NCBI GenBank assembly: GCA_036823295.1
Contig: DAISGD010000005.1
Location: 15,260 to 79,259 of the forward strand
Reading direction: 5' to 3'
Length of the DNA stretch: 64,000 bases
DNA from: Acidimicrobiales bacterium
GTDB taxonomy: Bacteria > Actinomycetota > Acidimicrobiia > Acidimicrobiales > Acidimicrobilacustridaceae
The notes under the pieces are model-generated. The model was not told the origin of the DNA, ran no database searches, and saw nothing but the letters and a program-made list of their open reading frames with translations. The translations under genes were made by a program, and so were the position numbers. Position 1 is the first letter of the stretch, and each line of letters begins with the position of its first letter. Below, in pieces: positions 55,206 to 62,405 of the stretch.

Positions 55206-56230
55206 CCGTGTCGAACTCCGCCGAGCTGACTGACCTCAACGACCGGCTAGCCCCGGGCGACCCCGCCACGCACCGCCCTGCCGCTGAGGTCCTGGATGTG
55301 ACGGCGGTGATCGTCAACTGGAACACCGCCGACCTCCTCGACCAGTGCCTGACCAGCCTGCGCGACCACCGGGCCCCCGGGCACGGGGTCGAGGTCATCG
55401 TGGTCGACAACGGCTCGACCGATGGCTCGGTGGCCATGATCGAGCAGCGCTGGCCGGAGGTGACCGTCGTGGCCAACGCCGACAACGTCGGCTTCTGCCG
55501 GGCCAATAACCAGGCCATCGAGATCAGCGACAAGCCCTATCTCCTGCTCATCAATGCCGATGCCCGCCTGACCCCCGGCTGCCTCCGGCACCTCGTGGCC
55601 CGGATGGAGTCCGATGACCGGGTCGGCGTCGTCGCCCCCCGCCTCGAGTACGGCGACGGTCGCTTCCAGCGGTGGACCGCCGGTCGGGCTCCGTCGTTGC
55701 GGAGCGTCGCCAGTTACCTTTTCCTCACTGATCGGCTCGACGGTCGGTTCCCCGCCCTGGCCGGCACATACCTCGGCCACGACACCGCCGTCGCCTTCGA
55801 GCCGCAATGGGTGTCCAGCGCCTGCATGCTCGTGCGGCGGGCCGTGGTCGACGACGTCGGACCCCTCGACGAGCGCATCTTCGTCTACATGGACGACGTC
55901 GAGCTCTGCCAGCGGGCCCGGGATGGTGGCTGGGCGGTCTGGTACGAGCCGGCGGCGACGGCGGTCCATCTCATGGGTCAGAGCACCAAGCGGCGGACGG
56001 GGGTGGCGTCGCCCGAGGCCCTGCGGGCGTTCAACCGGTACTTCCAGCGCCGCCACGGCCGGGGTCGAACCACCGCACTGAGAGCCCTGCAGGCCGGCGG
56101 TTTCGGGCTCCGGGTTCTCGCCTACGGCGCCACCGGGCTCGTTCTGCACGACGACGGCCGTCGGGCCCAGGCCCGGGCCCATCTCTCCCATTTGAAACTG
56201 AGTCTCGAGACACCGGAGGTAGCAGCATGA
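55202..56230 (+). CDS. Family-2 glycosyltransferase
   Basis: ORF 54863-56230 trimmed to the ATG at 55202 (MTVSNSAEL...), with an ATGA overlap. VTAVIVNWNTADLL, VVDNGSTDGS, YMDDVELCQRA. Confidence 0.85.
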   Translation: MTVSNSAELTDLNDRLAPGDPATHRPAAEVLDVTAVIVNWNTADLLDQCLTSLRDHRAPGHGVEVIVVDNGSTDGSVAMIEQRWPEVTVVANADNVGFCRANNQAIEISDKPYLLLINADARLTPGCLRHLVARMESDDRVGVVAPRLEYGDGRFQRWTAGRAPSLRSVASYLFLTDRLDGRFPALAGTYLGHDTAVAFEPQWVSSACMLVRRAVVDDVGPLDERIFVYMDDVELCQRARDGGWAVWYEPAATAVHLMGQSTKRRTGVASPEALRAFNRYFQRRHGRGRTTALRALQAGGFGLRVLAYGATGLVLHDDGRRAQARAHLSHLKLSLETPEVAA

Positions 56231-57174
56231 GAATCCTGATCACCGGCGGAGCCGGAATGCTGGGCAGCTCGTTGATCCCGGCGCTGATCGGCGCCGGACA
56301 CGAACTTGTGGTCACCGACATCGACCTGAGCGTCCGCCGACCGTGGGGCTCGTCAGGGCCCACGCTGGGGCGGCTCGACGTACGTTCGCGCCACGACATC
56401 GCCGACGCCTTCGAGCAGGTCCGCCCGCAGTTCGTGCTGCACCTGGCGGCCGAAACGTCGTTGGAGATCTCCGACGCCGAGCCCGACCACGGATACCTGA
56501 CCAATGCCATCGCTACCAAGTACATGGCGCTGGCCTGCCGGCGGGCCCAGGTCCCGCTGGTGTACATCAGCACGGCCGGGGTCTTCGATGGCACCAAGGT
56601 GGGGCCGTACACCGAGTTCGACGCCCCGAACCCGCTCAACGTCTACGGCGACTCGAAGCAGAAGGGCGAAGTGTTCGTCCGGGAACTCCTCGACGACTTC
56701 TACATCATCCGGGCGGGATGGATGGTGGGCGGCGGCCCCAAGAAGGACCACAAGTTTGTGGCCCGCATCCTGCAGCAGGTGCGCGAGGGCCGCACGGCGA
56801 TCCACGCCGTGACCGACAAGTTGGGCACCCCCACCTATACGCCGGACTTCGCCGGATGCTTCCTGGGCCTCATCCAGTCCGAGGTGTACGGCACCTATCA
56901 CATGGCCTGTGGGGGAGAGGGCAGCCGCTACGACGTGGCCAAGCGGATCCTCGAGATCCTCGGCCGTGACGACATCGAGCTCGTGGCGGTGACGTCGGAG
57001 TACTTCGTCGAGGAGTTCCCGTCCGAGCGGCCCTATTCCGAGATCATGCGGAACATGGCCCTCGATCTCCAGGGGATGAACACCATGCGCCCCTGGCCGG
57101 ACGCGCTGGACGACTACATCCACACCTACTTCCCCGACCTCGTCGCCCCCGGCCGGGTGCTCAGCCCGGCCTGA
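56227..57174 (+). CDS. NAD(P)-dependent sugar-nucleotide reductase/epimerase, RmlD-like SDR
   Basis: ORF 55807-57174 trimmed to the ATG at 56227 (MRILITGGAGMLGSSL), with an ATGA overlap. YGDSK catalytic motif. 315 aa. Confidence 0.75.
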   Translation: MRILITGGAGMLGSSLIPALIGAGHELVVTDIDLSVRRPWGSSGPTLGRLDVRSRHDIADAFEQVRPQFVLHLAAETSLEISDAEPDHGYLTNAIATKYMALACRRAQVPLVYISTAGVFDGTKVGPYTEFDAPNPLNVYGDSKQKGEVFVRELLDDFYIIRAGWMVGGGPKKDHKFVARILQQVREGRTAIHAVTDKLGTPTYTPDFAGCFLGLIQSEVYGTYHMACGGEGSRYDVAKRILEILGRDDIELVAVTSEYFVEEFPSERPYSEIMRNMALDLQGMNTMRPWPDALDDYIHTYFPDLVAPGRVLSPA

Positions 57175-57190
57175 CCCGCCCCACGGCTGA

Positions 57191-57253
57191 CCGAACGACC
57201 CCGAACGACCCCGAACGACCCCGAACGACCCGAACGACCCGAACGACCCGAAC
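57191..57253. repeat. Intergenic tandem repeat CCGAACGACC (4 x 10 nt, then 2 x 9 nt and a partial unit)
   Basis: Units at 57191, 57201, 57211 and 57221 (10 nt), then 57231 and 57240 (9 nt), then a partial unit. It ends 5 nt before the GGAGA ribosome-binding site of the gene starting at 57267. Confidence 0.95.
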
Positions 57254-57266
57254 AAGGAGACCCCCG

Positions 57267-58331
57267 ATGGCTGGCCCGCTCCCCGGTGATGACCGCTCTG
57301 TCGTCGTCGTGATTCCGATGCCCAACGACCCCGACTGGGGGCTGTGGGACGACCTGTCCGAAGACATCCCCATCATCGTGGTCGACGACAGCGACGGGAA
57401 CCTGGCCCCGCCGCCGCGGTCCAACGTCCGATACTTCGACTATGCGGCACAGAAGGCGATCTGCGGCGAGCACTACGACGCCATGCCTCACAAGAGCGCG
57501 GCCAGTCGCAACTTCGGGCACTACCTGGCCTACCAGGAGGGCTTCGACGTCGTCATCGCCCTCGACTACGACTGCCGGACCCGGCCGGGCTGGCTGGAGG
57601 CCCATCTCGAGTCGCTGACCAAGGCCGTCGAGGCCCCGGCGCTCGAGGGGAACTGGATCAACTCGATCGAGGCCCCGGGCTTCTACTCGCGGGGTTACCC
57701 CTACGAGTACCGCAACGCCGAGGCCTCAGCGGTGACCGAGACCCTCGCCACCGGCGAGGTGAAGATGAACATGGGAGTCTGGGACCACATCCTCGACCTC
57801 AACGGCGTGGACAAGCTGGCCGCCGAACCGCCCTACGACCCGGGCCTGCGGGCCGATACCAACCTGGTGGCGCTGGGCAATCTTCCCCTCTGTGGCATGA
57901 ACACGGCGTTCGCCGCCGAGGTCACACCCGCCTACTTCTTCCTCCCCGATCTTTGGATCGACGGGTGGCAGCTCAGCCGCCACGACGACATCTGGGGCGG
58001 CTACGTCGTCAAGAAGCTGATGGATCGCCGGGGCGATCTGCTCACGTTCGGCCGCCCGGTCGTCGAGCACACCAAGCAGACCCGTCTCGAGCGTGTGGTC
58101 CTGCTCGAGCACTGGATGCACCTCATGGCGACCGGCTTTTACGAGATCGTCGACGAGGCCGCCGACACGGTGGAGATGGGCCCGTACTCCGACATGTTCG
58201 GGGCCTTCGTGGAGGCCTATCGCGCCGGAGTCGAGCGGAGCACGCGGCCGGCCCACTACCGGCAGGTCTACCGCGAGCTGGGCGAATGGATGGACCGCTG
58301 GTCGAGGGCCTTCTCCTCCGGAGCCTCCTGA
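57267..58331 (+). CDS. GT75-family protein: homologue of plant reversibly glycosylated polypeptide / UDP-L-arabinopyranose mutase
   Basis: Collinear similarity by eye to plant RGP, listed as ours versus RGP. [9 protein letters not shown]...[10 protein letters not shown] vs IVIPTIRNL...[23 protein letters not shown]...VVIALDYDC vs FKDSACRCFGYMVS...[18 protein letters not shown] vs [32 protein letters not shown] vs [36 protein letters not shown] vs GRYDDMWAGWCIKV. Confidence 0.7.
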   Translation: [354 protein letters not shown]

Positions 58332-58347
58332 TGACGGAGGCCCCGCG

Positions 58348-59505
58348 GTGAGGGTGGCGGTCGACGCAACCGGGCTCGGTTCGGGCCAGGGTGGCGACGA
58401 GACGATGATGGCCGGGCTCCTGGAGGGGTTGGCCGAAGCGGCCCGGCCGGGGGACAGCTTCCCGCTCATCGTCCGTGACGGCGTCACCCTGCCAGCCCCG
58501 GTGGCCGACCACCCCGCGTTCTCCGTCCACTCGATGCGTCGCCTGCCGGGGGCGCTGCACTTCACCGCCCGTCTCCCGCGGGCGTTGAGTCGGCTGCGGC
58601 CCGTCCCCGACCTCGTCTGCGCCGTCACTCACGGCCCCCTGCGGTCTCCAGCGCCGGTAGCCCTCTTCGTCCAGGACCTCTCGTTCCATCACCACCCTGA
58701 GCACTACCCGGTCGTGGCCCGGTGGCGGCTCCGCACGGTGGTGCCCCGCCAGGCTCGCCGGGCCCGCGCCGTGCTCACCGTCAGCGAGTTCTCCCGCTCA
58801 GACCTGATCGCCAGCTACGAGCTGCCGCCTGAGCAGGTGGTGGTCGTGCCGGATGCGGTGGCCGTCCCCCCGCCGTGGGACGACACCGCCGCGGCCGAGG
58901 GTCGCCAGTGGTTGGCGTCCCAAGGGGTGGACGGGCGCTTCATCCTGTGCCTGGGCAACCTGCACCCCCGGAAGAACGTGGCCCGGTTGGTGGCCGGTTT
59001 CGCCCAGGCCCGGGCCGGCGCCCCCGATCTGGCCGATGTGCGCCTCGTGGTGGCCGGTGCCCGATGGTGGGGCGCCGGCGAGGCCGCGGCCGCGGCCCAG
59101 GCTCCGGACGGGTCGGTCGTTTTCCTCGGTCGGTTTGACGACGATCGTCGTGAGCAGCTCCTGCGACTGGCCGACGCCCTGGCCTACGTGTCGGTGTTCG
59201 AGGGTTTCGGGCTCCCCCCGCTCGAGGCCATGGCCCGGGGCACCGTGGTCCTGGCGTCGGACGCCACGGCGGTAGCCGAGACGGCCGGGGACGGCGCGCT
59301 CCTGGTCGATCCCTACGACGTGCACGCCATCGCCGAGGGGCTGGTGCGGGTGCTGTCCGACGAGCAGCTTCGGGTCGAGCTGCGCCGGCGTGGCGCGGCC
59401 CGGGCGGCCGGCTATGACGTCGGCTCCACCGGTCGAAGGGCCCGAGAGGCCTTCGCCGCCGCCATCGGGCTGACGGCGGCACCGCGCCCCGGGGCGGTGT
59501 CGTGA
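58348..59505 (+). CDS. Family-4 (GT-B, Glycos_transf_1) glycosyltransferase
   Basis: ORF 58093-59505 trimmed to the GTG at 58348 (VRVAVDATGLG...). C-terminal motif YVSVFEGFGLPPLEAMARG. Confidence 0.8.
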   Translation: MRVAVDATGLGSGQGGDETMMAGLLEGLAEAARPGDSFPLIVRDGVTLPAPVADHPAFSVHSMRRLPGALHFTARLPRALSRLRPVPDLVCAVTHGPLRSPAPVALFVQDLSFHHHPEHYPVVARWRLRTVVPRQARRARAVLTVSEFSRSDLIASYELPPEQVVVVPDAVAVPPPWDDTAAAEGRQWLASQGVDGRFILCLGNLHPRKNVARLVAGFAQARAGAPDLADVRLVVAGARWWGAGEAAAAAQAPDGSVVFLGRFDDDRREQLLRLADALAYVSVFEGFGLPPLEAMARGTVVLASDATAVAETAGDGALLVDPYDVHAIAEGLVRVLSDEQLRVELRRRGAARAAGYDVGSTGRRAREAFAAAIGLTAAPRPGAVS

Positions 59506-60542
59506 AGATGAGTCTGCGCATCGCCCTCGTGCTCGGCGGGATGGCCGTTCTGGCCGTCCTGGCCGTCGGGGTGTTCCTCGTGCTGCTGGCGGTCAAGAAT
59601 CGGCCGCCGAAGGTGCCAGGCGATTTCGCGGCCCCGAGCGCTCTGGCCCCGGCCGCCGGTGCGGCACCGTCGGGCAGCCTCTTTTACGACTCGGATCGGA
59701 CCGGCAACTTCGAGGTGTACGTCGCCCCGTCACCGGGAGCGACCCCGACCGCGCTGACCCACGACCCGACCTGGGATAGCTGGTGGCCCCGGCTATCGCC
59801 CGACCGTCATCGGGTGCTGTTCTACCGGACGCCCAAGGGCGTGCACGACACCAACTTCTCCAAGACGCACCTGTGGATGATGAACGCCGACGGAACCGGT
59901 CCGGTCGAGTTGCGGCCACCGGGGCTCGACGGTTGGGCCCAGCAGGGGCACGCTGATTGGTCTCCCGACGGGCAGCAGTTGGTGATGTTCGGGGGGAAGA
60001 ACACCAATCCCCAGATCTACGTCACCCAGGCGACCGGGCAGTCGCCGCGCCGGCTGACCGACCGGGGTGGGATCAATGTCGACCCGAGTTTCTCGCCCGA
60101 CGGCCGGACCATCGCCTTCGTGGGCTGCCCCCAGTCGGTGTGTTTCGAGGACGACTACGAGATCTACACGATGGCGGCCGACGGCGCTTCGCCAGCCCAG
60201 CGGATGACCGATGATCGCCTGCGCGACCACGATCCCTATTACTCGCCCGACGGCACCCGCATCGCCTGGCTGACCCGGACCTCGACCCATGGTCAGCACC
60301 CTGGGGGGTCATGGAACATCCGCATCGCCAACGCCGACGGATCCGACCAGCGTCGCCTGACCGACGACGACCAGATCAACAGCAAGCCGGAATGGTCCCG
60401 TGACGGCCAGACGATCTACTTCCACCGGTTCGAGATGGGTCGCCTCACCGGCTTCAGCATCTTCTCGATCGACATCGCCGGGTCGCACATGGTCGAGGTC
60501 ACGGCCGGGCAGCCCGGAGTGAACGAGTTCCCGTCGACATGA
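59502..60542 (+). CDS. Membrane-anchored TolB-like PD40 beta-propeller protein
   Basis: N-terminal TM (IALVLGGMAVLAVLAVGVFLVLLAV) and PD40 repeats SPDRHRVLFYR, SPDGQQLVMFG, SPDGRTIAFVG, SPDGTRIAWLT, SRDGQTIYFHR. The GTG at 59502 overlaps the upstream stop. The ATG at 59508 is an alternative start. Confidence 0.8.
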   Translation: MKMSLRIALVLGGMAVLAVLAVGVFLVLLAVKNRPPKVPGDFAAPSALAPAAGAAPSGSLFYDSDRTGNFEVYVAPSPGATPTALTHDPTWDSWWPRLSPDRHRVLFYRTPKGVHDTNFSKTHLWMMNADGTGPVELRPPGLDGWAQQGHADWSPDGQQLVMFGGKNTNPQIYVTQATGQSPRRLTDRGGINVDPSFSPDGRTIAFVGCPQSVCFEDDYEIYTMAADGASPAQRMTDDRLRDHDPYYSPDGTRIAWLTRTSTHGQHPGGSWNIRIANADGSDQRRLTDDDQINSKPEWSRDGQTIYFHRFEMGRLTGFSIFSIDIAGSHMVEVTAGQPGVNEFPST

Positions 60543-60576
60543 TCCCTGATCAGGTCCCCCCCATCTGGAGGCAGCC

Positions 60577-61746
60577 ATGAAGAGCTCCATCACCATCAGC
60601 GGGATCGGGATGACGGTGCAGGGCCGGCTGCCCGACGGCCCCGCCGACCTCGCCGCCGAAGCTGCCCTGGAGGCGCTGCGCGACGCGGACGTGCAGCCGT
60701 CCCAGGTGGGCATGGTGATCGTGGGCAACGCGCTGGGCGGCGTCCTCTCGGACCAGGCCAGCGTGCGGGGCCAGTCCTGGTTGCATCCCCTGGGGCTGGG
60801 CACCGCCCCGATCGTGAACGTGGAGAACGGGTGCGCCGGTGGGGCGTCGGCGCTGCACCTGGCTTGCCTGGCGGTGGAGGCCGGCGTGTCTCCCGTGTTG
60901 GTGGTGGGAGTGGAGAAGATGTGGACGGGTGATCGCGCGGCCACGTTGAGCGGCATCGAGGGCTGCCTGGTGGCCGGTCAGCGCGAGCAGTTGCGGGCCG
61001 AACTGGGGAACGATTCGGGCAGCGTGTTCATGGGCCTCAACGCCGTGTGGGCTGAACGCCAGCTGGCTGAGCGCGAGACCACCGCGGTCCATTTCGCGGC
61101 GGCGGCGGCCAAGTCCCGACGTCACGGGGCGGCCAACCCGTTGGCCCAACACCGGTCCGTGGTGACGGCGCAGGAGGTGCTCGACTCGGCTGCCGTGGCC
61201 GGCCCCCTGACCCGGCTGATGTGTAGCTCGTTCACCGATGGGGCCGCCGCCGTGGTGCTGCAGCGGGCCCCGATGGCTGGTGCCCCCCGGATCGTGGCCA
61301 GCGTGCTGGCATCAGGTGACGGGAGCTCCGAGTACCACGTGCGGATAGGGGAGGCGGCCGACGAGGCGTGGAAGGAGGCGTCGGTCGGCCCGCACGACGT
61401 CGACATCGTCGAGCTTCACGACGCCACCAGCGCCGAGGAGCTGTACGCCCTCGAGGCGCTCGGCTTCTACGAGCTCGGTGCCGCGGGCCCGGCCACGCTG
61501 GCTGGTGAGACTTCCATCGGTGGCCGCGGCCTGGTGGTCAACCCCAGCGGTGGTCTGGTGTCGCGAGGTCACCCGATCGGGGCCACCGGCGTGTGCCAGG
61601 TGGTCGAGATCGCCCAGCAGCTGCGGGGTGACGCCCGGGGTCGCCAGGTCGAGGGGGCACGGTTGGGGGCCACCGTCAACACCGGGGGCATCATCAGTCG
61701 CGATGTCGCCTGCGTCGGCGTTCACATCCTGGCCAGCGGGTTCTGA
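60577..61746 (+). CDS. Thiolase-family protein (SCP-x / non-specific lipid-transfer thiolase type)
   Basis: 389 aa. Active-site Cys context VENGCAGGASAL, C-terminal NPSGGLVSRGHPIGATG and NTGG. Preceded by GGAGG. Confidence 0.75.
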   Translation: MKSSITISGIGMTVQGRLPDGPADLAAEAALEALRDADVQPSQVGMVIVGNALGGVLSDQASVRGQSWLHPLGLGTAPIVNVENGCAGGASALHLACLAVEAGVSPVLVVGVEKMWTGDRAATLSGIEGCLVAGQREQLRAELGNDSGSVFMGLNAVWAERQLAERETTAVHFAAAAAKSRRHGAANPLAQHRSVVTAQEVLDSAAVAGPLTRLMCSSFTDGAAAVVLQRAPMAGAPRIVASVLASGDGSSEYHVRIGEAADEAWKEASVGPHDVDIVELHDATSAEELYALEALGFYELGAAGPATLAGETSIGGRGLVVNPSGGLVSRGHPIGATGVCQVVEIAQQLRGDARGRQVEGARLGATVNTGGIISRDVACVGVHILASGF

Positions 61747-61748
61747 AC

Positions 61749-62405
61749 GTGGGAGAGCCGGGGCTGACGTTGTGGGACTACGTGCGGAGCGACTTTCAGG
61801 CGACCCGGGACATGGACCCGACCCGGTCCCGCAGCCTGAAGCGCGCCGTGGACGTGCTCACCCAGGCGGGCTTCATGAGTCTGGCGCTCTACCGGGTCGG
61901 CGCTGCGGCGCATTCCCGGGGTCACAAGCTCCTGGCCCGTCTGCTCCTGCATCTCAACGTCTTCGTGTTCAACTGCGAGATCTACCCGCAGACGGTCATT
62001 GGGCCGGGCGCGGCCATCACCCACCCGCTCGGAGTGGCGATCGGGGCCGGGGTGGTGATGGGTCGCGACGTGCGCATCCACGGGCTGGTCCGGATCGGCA
62101 CCGCCGGCTACGAGGACGGTCGGGTCGACGGATTCCCGGTGATCGGCGACGGCTGTCGCCTGTTCGACCACGCCATGCTGTTCGGGCCTATCGAGATCGG
62201 GGCCGACTCCAAGATCGGCGCCAACGTGCTCCTGCTGCAGTCGGTGCCCGCGGGATCGGTGGTGGTGGCTCCCCAAGGCATCGTGCTTCCACCCAAGGGA
62301 GCCAACGGCTCAGGTCGGGCTCACTCCGAGCCGGCGCCGGATCTCGGCGACACCGTCGATCTCGGCGGCGAGGTCGCGACCTCGGGGGATGAGGTTCAGC
62401 GTTGA
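61749..62405 (+). CDS. Hexapeptide-repeat O-acetyltransferase (serine acetyltransferase-like)
   Basis: CysE-like helical N-terminus (RDMDP...ALYRVGAAAHSRGHKLLARLL) followed by left-handed beta-helix repeats (IGPGAAITHPLGVAIGAGVVMGRDVRIHGLVRIG...IGDGCRLF...IGADSKIGANV). The last 40 or so residues are a non-repeat tail antisense to the next gene. Confidence 0.75.
   Translation: MGEPGLTLWDYVRSDFQATRDMDPTRSRSLKRAVDVLTQAGFMSLALYRVGAAAHSRGHKLLARLLLHLNVFVFNCEIYPQTVIGPGAAITHPLGVAIGAGVVMGRDVRIHGLVRIGTAGYEDGRVDGFPVIGDGCRLFDHAMLFGPIEIGADSKIGANVLLLQSVPAGSVVVAPQGIVLPPKGANGSGRAHSEPAPDLGDTVDLGGEVATSGDEVQR

Noticed and set aside
57191-57253. CRISPR-like appearance of the short direct repeats, here and at 350-420
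   Set aside because: The units are contiguous 9-20-nt tandem repeats with no unique spacers, and no cas genes are present. They are microsatellite-type repeats, not CRISPR.
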